Shown: positions 28,372 to 39,320 of the stretch, one piece after another
Layout: each line of letters begins with the position of its first letter
How positions within the stretch are numbered: the first letter of the stretch is position 1
NCBI GenBank assembly: GCA_964637955.1
Contig: CAZWXQ010000002.1
Location: 135,782-199,781 of the forward strand
Source: an uncultured Gammaproteobacteria bacterium
Lineage (GTDB): Bacteria; Patescibacteriota; Microgenomatia; Levybacterales; UBA12049
Length of the DNA: 64,000 nucleotides
Direction: 5' to 3'
Translations under genes and position numbers: made by a program
The notes under the pieces: generated by a model
Databases searched by the model: none
Seen by the model: only the letters and a program-made list of their open reading frames with translations
What the model was told of the DNA's origin: nothing

Positions 28372-30051
28372 ATGGAGGGGTTTTTCTTTCAAATAGCCAT
28401 AGTTATAGTCGTAGCTGCGACGCTTTCAATTGTTTTTCGTTTTCTTAAGCAGCCCTCCATCTTAGCTTTCATCATCACTGGAATTATCGTAGGTCCGCTT
28501 GGACCCTTTGGATTTACTGATGAGGAATTTCTTAAGTCACTAGCTTCTATTGGAATTACACTTCTTCTTTTCATGATTGGGCTTGAATTAAACGTAAAAG
28601 AACTTAAGCACGTGGGGAAGAATGCTCTGGTTGCGGGTGGGCTTCAAATGTTTATGACTACTATTGCTGGGGCAGGGGTGGGGATTCTTCTTGGATATAA
28701 TGCTGTTATTTCGCTTTATGTTGGTCTTGCTCTAGCATTTTCTTCCACGATTCTTATTATAAAACTCTTTTCAGATAAGAGAGATCTGAAAAGTCTTTAT
28801 GGAAAACTTACAGTCGGAATTCTAATTATTCAGGACATAATTGCAATTTTTGTTCTAATAATTCTTTCCACTTTTAATGCGTCACATGGATCATTTGATT
28901 TCCTAAGTCTCATAATTGCTGGACTTAAAATATTTATTTTATTTGGTAGCGTATATTTACTCAGCCGTGAAGTTCTACCCAAGTTTTTAAATAAAATTTC
29001 GCGCTCTTCAGAATCTCTATTTTTATTTAGTCTTGCTTGGGTTTTTGGAATAGCAGCATTAGTTTCGTCTCCTCTCATCGGATTTTCAATAGAGATAGGT
29101 GGACTTCTTGCAGGAATAGCACTTTCTAGCACTATTGAGAGTTTTCAGATTACTACAAAGATAAAACCTTTACGAGATTTTTTCTTGACTATATTTTTTG
29201 TAACTCTTGGAACAGAATTAACATTTAATAATTTCTCAAGCACCATTATTCCTACGATTACACTTTCTCTCTTTGTTCTAGTAATTTCACCGATAATAAT
29301 TCTTCTTATTTTGGGATTATTAAAATACAAAAAAAGAACTTCATTTTTTTCTGCAATATCCCTTGCACAAGTTTCTGAATTCTCATTAATAATGGTTTTT
29401 CTCGGGCATTCTATTGGGCACGTATCCAGCGAGGTTGTCTCTGTTATTACTTTGGTTGGGGTAATCTGCTTTGTCGTTTCGACTTATTACATAACTTACA
29501 GCAATCAGATCTATAAAATTTTTATGCCATTTTTGGGAATTTTTGAGCGTAAAAGCGCAAAAGAAGAAGTGTCCGCTGAAGAAATTAAAGACCATATAAT
29601 CTTGGTGGGTGCAAATAGGATGGGGGAGGGAATCTTGGTTGCATTAAAGAAAAAAGATGAAAAAGTAATTGTGGTAGATTTTGATCCAGAGATTATAGAA
29701 AAAATAAAGAAAGATTCTGATGGAGAGGTAGAGACTTTCTTTGGTGACATCTCAGATCCCGAGATTCAAGAAGCTGTAAATATCAGTAAGGCAAGTTTAA
29801 TCATTTCTACTGTTTCAGATCCTGAGGATGTATTCATTCTTCTTAAGCATGTTAAAAAAATAAAAGGTCTTAGGGTGATCGTTGCGGCATTTGAGAAAAG
29901 TGATGCCAGAGAGTTTTATAAAGAGGGAGCAGACTATGTTATTATGCCGCACGTCGCAGGAGGAAATCATTTAGCAAATATACTTATTGAGAAAAATCAT
30001 TTGAAATTAATAGAAGAGTATAAAGAAAAGGAAAAGTCTTATTATTCTTAG
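28372..30051 (+). CDS. CPA2-family monovalent cation/H+ antiporter (Kef-type) with C-terminal TrkA-N/RCK domain
   Basis: About 12 TM N-terminal region. HIILVGANRMGEGILVAL...VIVVDFDPE Rossmann RCK motif. Confidence 0.75.
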   Translation: MEGFFFQIAIVIVVAATLSIVFRFLKQPSILAFIITGIIVGPLGPFGFTDEEFLKSLASIGITLLLFMIGLELNVKELKHVGKNALVAGGLQMFMTTIAGAGVGILLGYNAVISLYVGLALAFSSTILIIKLFSDKRDLKSLYGKLTVGILIIQDIIAIFVLIILSTFNASHGSFDFLSLIIAGLKIFILFGSVYLLSREVLPKFLNKISRSSESLFLFSLAWVFGIAALVSSPLIGFSIEIGGLLAGIALSSTIESFQITTKIKPLRDFFLTIFFVTLGTELTFNNFSSTIIPTITLSLFVLVISPIIILLILGLLKYKKRTSFFSAISLAQVSEFSLIMVFLGHSIGHVSSEVVSVITLVGVICFVVSTYYITYSNQIYKIFMPFLGIFERKSAKEEVSAEEIKDHIILVGANRMGEGILVALKKKDEKVIVVDFDPEIIEKIKKDSDGEVETFFGDISDPEIQEAVNISKASLIISTVSDPEDVFILLKHVKKIKGLRVIVAAFEKSDAREFYKEGADYVIMPHVAGGNHLANILIEKNHLKLIEEYKEKEKSYYS

Positions 30052-30128
30052 TTTATAATTATCAGTTGGTATGCCTAAAAATGAACCTATAGTTTGATTT
30101 TATTTTTATTTTTTGATAAAATTCCCCG

Positions 30129-30812
30129 ATGAGTTTTATAGAGCAAGAACGCGGACTAGTTAATGAAATTCCTAAACCTTTTCCCACGATAACTTATATT
30201 GGACTTCCTTCATTGAGTACATACTTTGAAGAATTGGTAAATCCGACATTGCCTCAAATGCAAGCATGCTCGTTAATTAGAGCTAATGGTATTCAAGTGG
30301 CTGATCCTGATAATACCCATAAAGTAATTGAAAAGAGTGATATTGACGGAGCTGATAAATGGACGGAAGGTGCAGTGAACTGTTCAATTTCAGCATTGGT
30401 CGGGCAAAATCCTGAAGGTAATTCAGTATCTGTATTAACTCACATGTCTCCAGGAGTTTTTGACTATAGATATGCTCCAAGCGAAAGTGCAAGAAGAGCA
30501 TACATTCGATTAATTGATAAATTTGCTCAAAGAACTGTAGGAGATCGATATGCCTTTATTTTTGGGGGAACGGATGAGAGGATGCGTGCATTAGATGGAT
30601 TCATAACAACCTCAAATAGAGCTGCAAAAATTCACCAAAAGCGTTTAGATATACCTACATTAGTACAAAAACCCGCTTGGAAAGATGATACTACACCAAC
30701 AAATGTTTTTATTTCTACTAAAGATAGGGCAATTTATCTCATTGAAATAGGAGGAAGTAGAGATATATATACTGTTCACCCTTCAAGATTATGGAGTTTG
30801 CCTGAGTATTAA
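30129..30812 (+). CDS. Hypothetical protein (227 aa)
   Basis: ORF only. Confidence 0.45.
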   Translation: MSFIEQERGLVNEIPKPFPTITYIGLPSLSTYFEELVNPTLPQMQACSLIRANGIQVADPDNTHKVIEKSDIDGADKWTEGAVNCSISALVGQNPEGNSVSVLTHMSPGVFDYRYAPSESARRAYIRLIDKFAQRTVGDRYAFIFGGTDERMRALDGFITTSNRAAKIHQKRLDIPTLVQKPAWKDDTTPTNVFISTKDRAIYLIEIGGSRDIYTVHPSRLWSLPEY

Positions 30813-30837
30813 GGGAAAAGTTTTGTAGAATTAAACA

Positions 30838-31752
30838 TTATTTTTCTTGTTCAATTGATTCTAAAGCTTGGGTAGTTTCATTTAAAACATCATCAATTTC
30901 TCCATCCATAATTTTTTCTAAGTTATGCCATGACTTATTTACTCTATGATCTGTAAGTCTATCTTGAGGGAAATTATAAGTTCTGATTTTTTCATTTCTC
31001 ATACCGCGACCAACTTGAGTGGATTTTATAGAGCTTAATTCACTATGTTGTTTTTCAACTTCAATTTCCCAAAGTTGAGCACGAAGTAAATTCATAGCAA
31101 TTTCCCTGTTTTGGCCTTGGAATCTTTCTGTTGATGCAGTTACCACGATTCCTGAGGGTATGTGTTTAATTCTGACTGCAGTTGAAACTTTATTTACATT
31201 TTGTCCTCCGTGTCCACCAGATCTATATGCTTCAAACTCTATGTCTGCTGGGTTGATATGTAAATCTATATCCTCAAGTTCAGGGAGTATTGAGATAGTG
31301 GCTGTTGAAGTATGAACTCTTCCTCTTTTTTCAGTCGTAGGAATTCTCTGAACTCTGTGAACGCCTGCTTCGTATTTGAATAAATTAAATAGACCTTTAC
31401 CTTGGTAGCTTCCTGACATTCTAAAAACGCCATCGTCTACTTGTTCAACTTTTATCCCAACTCTTTCAGCAAATCGTGAGTACATTCTAAGCAACTCGTC
31501 TCCCCAAAGTTTTGCTTCTTCACCACCTGCTGCGCCTGAGGATTGAAGTATTACATTTCTCTCGTCCAGTGAGTCACCATCCTCGATATCATTTGAGTTT
31601 TCAAAATTTCCCATGATTTGATCTTTTTGGCGATTTAATTCATTCAGTTCTTCTTGCGCCATTTCACTAAAATCAGGATCCTGCAATAGATGCGTAGTGT
31701 CTTTTATTTTTGCATCAATAGCCTCTATAAGTGCTTTTCTGTAATCATCCAT
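30838..31752 (-). CDS. prfA: Peptide chain release factor 1 (short N-terminus)
   Basis: [12 protein letters not shown] (PxT motif, RF1-type), [14 protein letters not shown] motif, [14 protein letters not shown]. Confidence 0.8.
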   Translation of the reverse strand: MDDYRKALIEAIDAKIKDTTHLLQDPDFSEMAQEELNELNRQKDQIMGNFENSNDIEDGDSLDERNVILQSSGAAGGEEAKLWGDELLRMYSRFAERVGIKVEQVDDGVFRMSGSYQGKGLFNLFKYEAGVHRVQRIPTTEKRGRVHTSTATISILPELEDIDLHINPADIEFEAYRSGGHGGQNVNKVSTAVRIKHIPSGIVVTASTERFQGQNREIAMNLLRAQLWEIEVEKQHSELSSIKSTQVGRGMRNEKIRTYNFPQDRLTDHRVNKSWHNLEKIMDGEIDDVLNETTQALESIEQEK

Positions 31753-31859
31753 ATTACTTAATTTGAAATTTAAAATTTAGAATTTTCAATAAATATTAAA
31801 AATTAAATCATTTAGGTTTTATTTAAAATTGAAAACTTAAAATTTAAAATTAGCGTTGG

Positions 31860-32159
31860 CTAGCTAATTTGCGAAAGCATTTCGCGGAGTGTTTTTGGAG
31901 CTTCTGCCTTTTTCTTTTCTTGTTCTTTTTTCTCTTTACTTACCACCTGATATTTTTTAGCATTTTCTGTTCTAGTCTGGAATTTCTGAATTCTAGAAGC
32001 TGAATCCACAAATTTTTGCTCACCTGTATAAAATGGGTGACAATTATAGCAAAGCTCTACGTGAATAACTTCCTGGGTAGAACCAGTAATAAATTTGTTT
32101 CCGCAAACACAAATAACTTGTGCTTCTTCAAAATATTGTGGGTGAATTGCTTGTTTCAT
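31860..32159 (-). CDS. rpmE: 50S ribosomal protein L31 with a Lys/Glu-rich C-terminal extension
   Basis: MKQAIHPQY...CVCGNKF...[10 protein letters not shown]. Confidence 0.75.
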   Translation of the reverse strand: MKQAIHPQYFEEAQVICVCGNKFITGSTQEVIHVELCYNCHPFYTGEQKFVDSASRIQKFQTRTENAKKYQVVSKEKKEQEKKKAEAPKTLREMLSQIS

Positions 32160-32197
32160 AACATTATTATACCTTAAATTGAGGCCAATGACAATAT

Positions 32198-33175
32198 TTA
32201 TTGTGTTAACGTAGGCAAAGGACTTGGAATAATTATTCGATCAGAACCAGATAAATAACTTGCTTGTCCTGTTAATAAAATTCTGTCAACTTTAGAAGCA
32301 ATTTTTGTTATTTCTGGTCCAGCTCCATCAAGGGGTACAGGAATTGAAAATCCTTCGTTTTTTATTCTCTGTGTCTCATCTTTTCTTTTTAATTTAGCTT
32401 GCCAGGATTCATATCGATCTGGTCTTCTAGGGGTAATTGGATTTGCAAAAACAAAGGGAGAAAGTGATTCTCCCGATTCATCGACCATAAACCCAATTGT
32501 ATATCCATTTAATTCATGAGTATTAGGTTCAGGATTTTCAACGGAATCAATGATTCTTCTTACAGTATCGCTATCACTAGCTTTAGGATGATACATAATT
32601 GCTACAACACCACGATCTGCAAGAATCACTCTTGCTCCATCTGAATGTTCTGAAGAGCTAAGTCTAATTCGATCTTTATTATTTCTCCTTGTGACTTGAG
32701 TGAGATTTGTTTCAATTAATCCTGGAAATGTTTTTTTCGTAGAGCGATCAGTGCTCGCAGTTTTAAGAATTGCGCCCAATCTGCTTAAAGCAGGAGAACT
32801 AGATCCTTCAAGGGAGGTTAAGGTAGGTTCTAAGGCTGTCATAGCTTCTTGCTCAAATGCTTTGCGAACTCTTCTTTCTTGAGCTGTTTGCTGTTTATGT
32901 CTTCGAGCATTTAGTACATCCTGCGTAGCTGCAATTTGATGATCGATGCGTCTAACTGCTTCTTGTATTCTGTACCCAGCATTTCTTAATGGTTCAAGTC
33001 GAGCATCGATTGCTTCTCGTTCCTGTTCTAATGGGCGAATTGCGAGTTGAAGGCTTGCAAGGTCTTCAAGAAAACCATCGCGGCTTGCCTGATTTGCTGC
33101 GAGTTGTCTAACTAAATCTCTTTTCGGCAATGTTTCAAGTCCAGGCTTTGGTCTTTGATCGCTATCTATTCTCAT
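32198..33175 (-). CDS. Hypothetical protein (325 aa), N-terminal coiled-coil-like, locally higher GC
   Basis: ORF only. Confidence 0.45.
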   Translation of the reverse strand: MRIDSDQRPKPGLETLPKRDLVRQLAANQASRDGFLEDLASLQLAIRPLEQEREAIDARLEPLRNAGYRIQEAVRRIDHQIAATQDVLNARRHKQQTAQERRVRKAFEQEAMTALEPTLTSLEGSSSPALSRLGAILKTASTDRSTKKTFPGLIETNLTQVTRRNNKDRIRLSSSEHSDGARVILADRGVVAIMYHPKASDSDTVRRIIDSVENPEPNTHELNGYTIGFMVDESGESLSPFVFANPITPRRPDRYESWQAKLKRKDETQRIKNEGFSIPVPLDGAGPEITKIASKVDRILLTGQASYLSGSDRIIIPSPLPTLTQ

Positions 33176-33214
33176 AAAGTGGAATTATAGCACTAAAACT
33201 ACTTAAATCAACAG

Positions 33215-34141
33215 TTAGGATTTCGCAAACAGTTTGTGGATAGGGTGATAGTGGAGTCTGTTTTCTGCGATAAATATTCCTAAGAATACGAGGATTGCTC
33301 CGACTACATAAATAGGAGTAATGTGCTCATTAAGTAGTGGAATAGCAACTACTATGGTGGCAATTGGATCTACATAACTAAATATTCCTACCTCAGACGC
33401 TTTTATATATTTAGTTCCATATACGAAAAAGTAATGCGCAAGAATAGAAGAAAAATAAATTGCGTATAGAATTCCAGCCAAGCCTTTAACTGTAATGTCA
33501 GAAATTAAACTAAATGATTGTGCTTCCCAAAATACGAAAGGTAATAAGGGAATAGAGCCAATCAAAAACATCCAGAATACTAATGCCAGAGGATCATTTC
33601 TGACTGTTAATTTTCTTAAAAGAATTATTTGAATTACGCCACATATTGTAGCGAGAAAAATAAGCATACTTCCTAAAATGCTGCCCGAGAATCCGCTTTC
33701 TAAAATTGGACGAAAAATTATTGCCATAATTCCCAAAAGGCTAATTAAGGTTCCTGCAATTACTTTTGAAGTGGGCCTTTCTTTAAGAAATAAAATTGAA
33801 GCTATAATTAGAATTATGGGTCCAAATGAAAGAATAATGGGAGCATTAATGCTGGGCGTTAGCTTCAGTCCGAAAAATAAAAGAGGAATTTGAATCGTAA
33901 TCGAAAGTAGAGACATAATTATTAAATTTTTACGATCCTCTTTAGCTATTTTAATTTTTTTGAATATAAAAGGAAGAATAATTAATGCACTAATAAAAAA
34001 TCTTAGAAAAATAAATGTAAATGTTGGAATTTCTTCCAGCGACCATTTGTAAATAGGAAGGGCAGCGCCCCATAGGACGTTGGCCAAAATTAAAAATAAT
34101 ATTGCTGTCTGGACATATCCAGCATTTTTAATGTATCGCAT
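33215..34141 (-). CDS. EamA/DMT-family transporter (10 TM)
   Basis: Two repeated 5-TM halves, hydrophobic throughout. Confidence 0.6.
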   Translation of the reverse strand: MRYIKNAGYVQTAILFLILANVLWGAALPIYKWSLEEIPTFTFIFLRFFISALIILPFIFKKIKIAKEDRKNLIIMSLLSITIQIPLLFFGLKLTPSINAPIILSFGPIILIIASILFLKERPTSKVIAGTLISLLGIMAIIFRPILESGFSGSILGSMLIFLATICGVIQIILLRKLTVRNDPLALVFWMFLIGSIPLLPFVFWEAQSFSLISDITVKGLAGILYAIYFSSILAHYFFVYGTKYIKASEVGIFSYVDPIATIVVAIPLLNEHITPIYVVGAILVFLGIFIAENRLHYHPIHKLFAKS

Positions 34142-35369
34142 TGGGCAGGCTCTCGAGGGTTATAGCTTTTTTTTCTCCTGTTTTCATGTTTTTCAAAATA
34201 ATTTGATCACTATCGATTAAAATAACGAAAGGAATACCTTTTTTATCGGCATATTTTAGTTGCTTATCAATTTCTTTGTCATCGATATAAAGCTCAACTG
34301 GAATACCTTTATTTCTAATTTCCTGGGCGATTTTAAAAGACTTATGATGTCTGTTAGTAACCAAAATTTCCGTACCTCCCAAATCATCAGGGAAGAGTTT
34401 TGCTTCTTCCATGGCTTCCATTGTTCTGTCAAACCCAAATGCAAATCCTACAGCCGAAACTTGCTTCTCAGCAAACATCCCGATCAGCTTGTCGTAACGG
34501 CCTCCGCCTCCGAGAGAGCCTTTATAACTTGGTGTAATTACTTCAAAAATTGCGTTTGTATAATAATCTAATCCTCGAGCTAAAATTGGATAAAATTGAT
34601 AGTACTTTTCATCAATTTCCATTTCTTTGAGGATCTCGAAAATCTTTTTAAGATTTGGAGTCATGTCTTTTTTCTTTAAAACATAGAGCCAATCTTTGGC
34701 CTGTTCTTTGTTATATGCTGTTTTTTCAGCAATTTCAGAAATAACTCTTTCTTCACCAATCTTATCTAGTTTATCTACAGCGCGGGCAACGATAAGATCC
34801 ATTTCGGCAAGTTCTTTTGGACCGTATCCTTCTTTAACGAATGGAGAAATCTTAGTTTGCTCGACTTTTAAGACTTCACGGTCATTAATAAGAACTTTAA
34901 AATTTTCAAAACCAAGCTTTTTATAAGAAGTTACTGCAAGAGCAATTAACTCTGCGTCTGCAAGAGCAGAGGATGCGCCAATAATATCCGCATCAACTTG
35001 AAGAAATTCCCTGTATCTTCCTCTTTGAGTGTTTTCTGCTCTGTACACATTTTGGATTTGATATCTCTTGAAAGGGAGGGGAAGATCATTTGAATATTGC
35101 GCTATGACTCGGGCCAAAGGAACAGTTTGATCATATCGCATTGCGACACGTCTTCCTCCATTATCTTCGAATTTATACATAAGTTTGTCACCTTCCTCGC
35201 CATATTTTCCGGTCAAGACATCTTCATATTCGAGAACGGGTGTTTCAAGAGGATCAAAACCATATGAATTAAAAACCTCTTTAAGGGTATTTAATACAAA
35301 ATTTCTTTTTCTAACATCACGAGGTAAAAAATCTCTGAAGCCTTTTAAAGTCTGAGCGCTCATAACCAA
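34128..35369 (-). CDS. hisS: Histidine--tRNA ligase
   Basis: GFRDFLP, class II motifs, ...GGGRYD motif 3 region. Confidence 0.85.
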   Translation of the reverse strand: MVMSAQTLKGFRDFLPRDVRKRNFVLNTLKEVFNSYGFDPLETPVLEYEDVLTGKYGEEGDKLMYKFEDNGGRRVAMRYDQTVPLARVIAQYSNDLPLPFKRYQIQNVYRAENTQRGRYREFLQVDADIIGASSALADAELIALAVTSYKKLGFENFKVLINDREVLKVEQTKISPFVKEGYGPKELAEMDLIVARAVDKLDKIGEERVISEIAEKTAYNKEQAKDWLYVLKKKDMTPNLKKIFEILKEMEIDEKYYQFYPILARGLDYYTNAIFEVITPSYKGSLGGGGRYDKLIGMFAEKQVSAVGFAFGFDRTMEAMEEAKLFPDDLGGTEILVTNRHHKSFKIAQEIRNKGIPVELYIDDKEIDKQLKYADKKGIPFVILIDSDQIILKNMKTGEKKAITLESLPNAIH

Positions 35370-35387
35370 ATTGTAGCATAAAAAGTG

Positions 35388-36410
35388 TTATTTAGGATCA
35401 GTATTTTGCGTTTCTTTTTCTTTAAAATAGAAAGTATAGAATTCTTGTCCTGCAACCAAAATAATACTGATTACTGGAACTGCCAAAATTGCTCCCAAAA
35501 ATCCTGCAACTTTTATTCCGATAAGTAGAGATAAGATCACTATTATCGGATTTACATTAAAGGCTTTACCAATTAATTTTGGACCTAATACATTAAATAT
35601 AAATTGTTGGATTCCAAAAATAATTAAGAAAATAAGAATTGCTCGGTCTGGGCTTTCTACGAGTGTTACAAGCAGAGGAGGGATAATGCCTATTATTGGA
35701 CCGATCACAGGAACAGCGGTTAGGATTCCAGCGAGTACGGAAGTAGAAGTGGCATAATTAACTCCAAAAATAGTAAGTACGACGTATGTGATTAATCCTC
35801 CAATCACGCCCCATAAAACCTGAATTCTAACAAAAGAAGCAAATGAATTATCGATTACTCCTTGAATGAATTTAATCTGAGAATGATATTTTTTAGGGGA
35901 AAGAGCAAAAATCTTCCTATTTATATTATCCCTATCTATGACAAGATAAAATGACAAAATAAGAATAGTCACCAAGTTAACAAAAAATTGAGTAACTGAT
36001 GGAATTATATTTTCTGAAATTTTAACAGTATGAGTAACATTATTTAGTCCTTCCTGAAATGCTGGTGGAAATTCTTTTAACATTCCAGGCGCAAGTCTTT
36101 GTAATGAATTAAATTGTGCATTTAGATCTGGAATGAAGATCATAAAAGTTGCGGCAAGAAGCGCACCAGCTAAAACAAAAACGATAACAGTTGAAATTAC
36201 TTTAGGAAGCCTTAGATATTTTGTAACTAGATCTACGAAAGGTTCTAGGACAAAGCTTACTAGCCAACCAAGAATAATTATCCAGATAATATCTGAAAAA
36301 TTACGAAGTAAGTCAAAAACAAATTCCAAGAGATAAATACTAACTGCTAAAGTAAGTAGTATTGTAAGAACTTTTAAGGACGATAATTCCTTTTTAATAT
36401 CATCAATCAT
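35388..36410 (-). CDS. AI-2E family transporter (PerM/UPF0118)
   Basis: Multi-TM protein with family-like topology and length. Confidence 0.55.
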   Translation of the reverse strand: MIDDIKKELSSLKVLTILLTLAVSIYLLEFVFDLLRNFSDIIWIIILGWLVSFVLEPFVDLVTKYLRLPKVISTVIVFVLAGALLAATFMIFIPDLNAQFNSLQRLAPGMLKEFPPAFQEGLNNVTHTVKISENIIPSVTQFFVNLVTILILSFYLVIDRDNINRKIFALSPKKYHSQIKFIQGVIDNSFASFVRIQVLWGVIGGLITYVVLTIFGVNYATSTSVLAGILTAVPVIGPIIGIIPPLLVTLVESPDRAILIFLIIFGIQQFIFNVLGPKLIGKAFNVNPIIVILSLLIGIKVAGFLGAILAVPVISIILVAGQEFYTFYFKEKETQNTDPK

Positions 36411-37440
36411 TTACCTCAATTATTTCTCTTTTCGAATGTGAAATCAACTGAGCTTTACCCCCTCTAAGTAATACTAAATCTTCTATTCTAACTCCTCCAA
36501 ATCCTGGAATATAAATTCCTGGCTCGATTGAAAAAATCATGCCATTTTTTAACACCTCTTTCGAATTAGGGGAGATGTGCGGATTTTCATGAACTTCAAG
36601 TCCAATTCCATGACCAACTGAATGAATTATATTTGGATAATTTTGTTTTAAAATATAATTTCTTGCAGTTTTATCTATTTCTGAAGCTATTACTTGGTGG
36701 TTAATTTTAGCTATAGCCAATTTTTGAGCCTCCAAAACTGTTTCGTGAATTTTTTTAAACTCCTGAGGAGCACGTCCAAAGTAAACAGTCCTAGTCATAT
36801 CTGAACAATAATTATTTATTTTTACTCCAAAATCCATGAGTACAATGTGATTCTTTTTAAGCTTATTATTTCCAGTTTCGTGATGTGGAGTAGAGGAGTT
36901 TGCACCAAATGCGACAATAGGTTTAAATGAAATAACGCTATTTCTAGATTTAAAGAAATTTATTAGTTCATCTGCAATTTGTAATTCTGTTACGCCAGTT
37001 TTTAATTTTTTTAAAACAAAGTCAAAAGCTTCATCGCCAATCTTACAAGCTTTTTTAATATTTTCTATTTCGCTTTTAGTTTTTATGATTCGTTTTTCTG
37101 AAAAAGCTGATGGAAAAATCTTTGCAAATTTATTAAGTGCTTTATATTCTGAAACGGTTAAATTATTTTCTTCAACTTCAAGGGAGGAGATGTTATTAAT
37201 TTCAAAAAATTCCTTAGCATCTTTTACTAAAAAATAAATTGCTCCATTCTCAATTACTTCAAATCCTTTAGTTTGTTTTTTTACAGCTTCTGAATATCTT
37301 TGATCAGTGATTATGTATTTTTTATTTTTTGTAAGTAATACAAATGCTTCGCGTTCGGATTCTGAAAAGCCTGAAAAACCAGTTAGGTAAACAATGTTTG
37401 GAATAGAGGAAATTAAAATAGCATCAGATTTTTTTTTCAT
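36403..37440 (-). CDS. M24-family Xaa-Pro aminopeptidase / metallopeptidase
   Basis: Pita-bread fold motifs: HGIGLEVHE, D...D metal ligands, GMIFSIEPGIY. Confidence 0.75.
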   Translation of the reverse strand: MKKKSDAILISSIPNIVYLTGFSGFSESEREAFVLLTKNKKYIITDQRYSEAVKKQTKGFEVIENGAIYFLVKDAKEFFEINNISSLEVEENNLTVSEYKALNKFAKIFPSAFSEKRIIKTKSEIENIKKACKIGDEAFDFVLKKLKTGVTELQIADELINFFKSRNSVISFKPIVAFGANSSTPHHETGNNKLKKNHIVLMDFGVKINNYCSDMTRTVYFGRAPQEFKKIHETVLEAQKLAIAKINHQVIASEIDKTARNYILKQNYPNIIHSVGHGIGLEVHENPHISPNSKEVLKNGMIFSIEPGIYIPGFGGVRIEDLVLLRGGKAQLISHSKREIIEVND

Positions 37441-38222
37441 TTCTCAGGAGTTGGAGAAGGGGACTTGCTAATAGATTTAGAAGGAATTGTTTCTGTTTCA
37501 CTAATTTCTATTCTTGGGTTTTTTGGAACATCAGGGAATATTATAATTCGACTCGCTGTAATCCTTTCTGAATCTTTGGGATCCACAAAACCTATCACTA
37601 GAGCATTTTTTAAATTATCAATTTTTGTAAATCCGATTGTCTCGAGTTCTCCATCTGAGAAAGAAAAAGTTTTTGTTATTTTTTCTATATCAACTTTATA
37701 ATTCTTTTCACTTTCCGTTGAAAGGGTAACTGTGAATTCCTCATCGTCTTTATCGGAAATTACTCCATTTAGAAAAACAGGAATACTTATTTCATTTACA
37801 AATCTTGCAAGAAGTTTTCCGGAATCCTTATTGTAGAGGCCTATAGCTGAGATTTTTGTGCCCTTTTTTACATCTGTTAAATCAAATGTGCCTTCACCTG
37901 ACGAGAATTTAGTTAATTCATCAGTATCTATGATTCTAGTTTTATCATTTAAATCAAGGATTCTTATTTCATTTTCATTTACGCTTTCTACCACACCAAC
38001 CATTCCTCTTTTTTCAACAAGCTTTAATTCTGCAACGCGAGACGCAACTTTATCTTTAATTAAATCCACTTTGCTTTCTGTAGCTTCAACGCTCGTTTCG
38101 CTATCATCATCAGGCGTAGTCGTTTGCGCAAATGAATTATTTGTAGTAATCAAGAATGTAAGAAAGAATAGTATAAAAAAATATTTTTTCATTTTAAAAA
38201 TTCTCTGTTGAGTAGGAAACAA
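37437..38222 (-). CDS. Hypothetical secreted protein (signal peptide; Pro/Ser/Thr-rich C-terminus)
   Basis: MKKYFFILFFLTFLITTNNSFA signal-like N-terminus. Confidence 0.5.
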   Translation of the reverse strand: MFPTQQRIFKMKKYFFILFFLTFLITTNNSFAQTTTPDDDSETSVEATESKVDLIKDKVASRVAELKLVEKRGMVGVVESVNENEIRILDLNDKTRIIDTDELTKFSSGEGTFDLTDVKKGTKISAIGLYNKDSGKLLARFVNEISIPVFLNGVISDKDDEEFTVTLSTESEKNYKVDIEKITKTFSFSDGELETIGFTKIDNLKNALVIGFVDPKDSERITASRIIIFPDVPKNPRIEISETETIPSKSISKSPSPTPEK

Positions 38223-38619
38223 CTCTTTTTACTTTTACAATTTCTCCGTTTGGAGCAATTGCTGAGATTTCAATAATATTTTCATCCGCAGATAAATTTA
38301 TATCTGTTGAGAAATTTCCATCTTTTCCAGGAACTGCTGCTTCCTCATTATCAGCTGTTAGTATTACTATTTTAGCATCTGGAATGGTTTTACCGGAAAT
38401 TTTGATGTTTTTTTCTTCAACGACCTCCTCATCTTTAGGTGAATCAATTGTTAAAAATAAATTTGAGGATGGGGTAGGAGTAGGATTGTCCACCGTAATA
38501 GTTTTAAGCTCAGTTGGATTAATTTTTTTAGTTGATTGATAAATAAAGAAAACGCCAGTTGCAACGGCAACGCCGATAATTATAGATATTATAGCGAGGA
38601 TTATCTTTTCTTTTTTCAT
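38194..38619 (-). CDS. Hypothetical membrane-anchored protein (141 aa)
   Basis: N-terminal TM (ILAIISIIIGVAVATGVFFIY). Confidence 0.5.
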   Translation of the reverse strand: MKKEKIILAIISIIIGVAVATGVFFIYQSTKKINPTELKTITVDNPTPTPSSNLFLTIDSPKDEEVVEEKNIKISGKTIPDAKIVILTADNEEAAVPGKDGNFSTDINLSADENIIEISAIAPNGEIVKVKRVVSYSTENF

Positions 38620-38716
38620 AGATACTGGGGCAATTATAATCTTTTTTTGTAAAAATCATCTTACAACTTCATTAAATCCCTTGTCAAGAAAACTATGACT
38701 ATGCTAGGATACGAAG

Positions 38717-39241
38717 ATGGATATAATGATACTTCCTGGAGATGGCCTAAGAGTTAAAGGAAAAAATTCGACTTTAGTTTTGAATCCTACGGTCGCTACA
38801 ACGAAAACTGAAGCTGATGGTGTAATATTGCTTGATAAATTCCTAAGCTTTAATGACTCAAAAATTGAAGGATCTCGAATTAGAATAATCGGTCCAGGAG
38901 ATTATGAGGTGGGAGGAGCAAAGATTACTGCTATTAGTGTATTTGAAAAACTAGCTGTCAGAATTGACATCGATAATGTAAAAATTTTAATAGGAAATGG
39001 TGAAGCAATTGAGAAAATTCAAGATAAAGTGGAGGACAGCGATATTTTAGTTGTTAATGCAGATATGAAATTTAATTATTCAACTCTTGCTTCACTTGAG
39101 CCTAAAGTCCTTATGGTTTATGGGGAGTTGAAAGATGAAGTAGGCAAGTCTCTTGGAAAAGAAAATGCTGAAAAAATGAATAAATACTCGGTGACAAAAG
39201 ATAAGCTTCCCTCAGAGCTACAATTTATTTTACTTGGCTAG
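38717..39241 (+). CDS. Hypothetical protein (174 aa)
   Basis: ORF; not L9-like despite its position upstream of dnaB. Confidence 0.45.
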   Translation: MDIMILPGDGLRVKGKNSTLVLNPTVATTKTEADGVILLDKFLSFNDSKIEGSRIRIIGPGDYEVGGAKITAISVFEKLAVRIDIDNVKILIGNGEAIEKIQDKVEDSDILVVNADMKFNYSTLASLEPKVLMVYGELKDEVGKSLGKENAEKMNKYSVTKDKLPSELQFILLG

Positions 39242-39320
39242 TCTGCTCATCAAAATATAAAATTTGGTAGTGTTTGATTTATTGTTTTTTTAGTTACTCT
39301 GGATTATTATTTTAAAACTT

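Noticed and set aside
30838-31752. Programmed +1 frameshift typical of prfB
   Set aside because: The PxT-type motif (PTT) and overall sequence identify the protein as RF1 (prfA), which has no frameshift. The ORF is continuous.
38717-39241. Ribosomal protein L9 (rplI) expected between rpsR and dnaB
   Set aside because: The 174-aa protein upstream of dnaB does not match the L9 N-terminal MxVILL...GxxGDxVxVKxGYARNFL signature. It is left as hypothetical.
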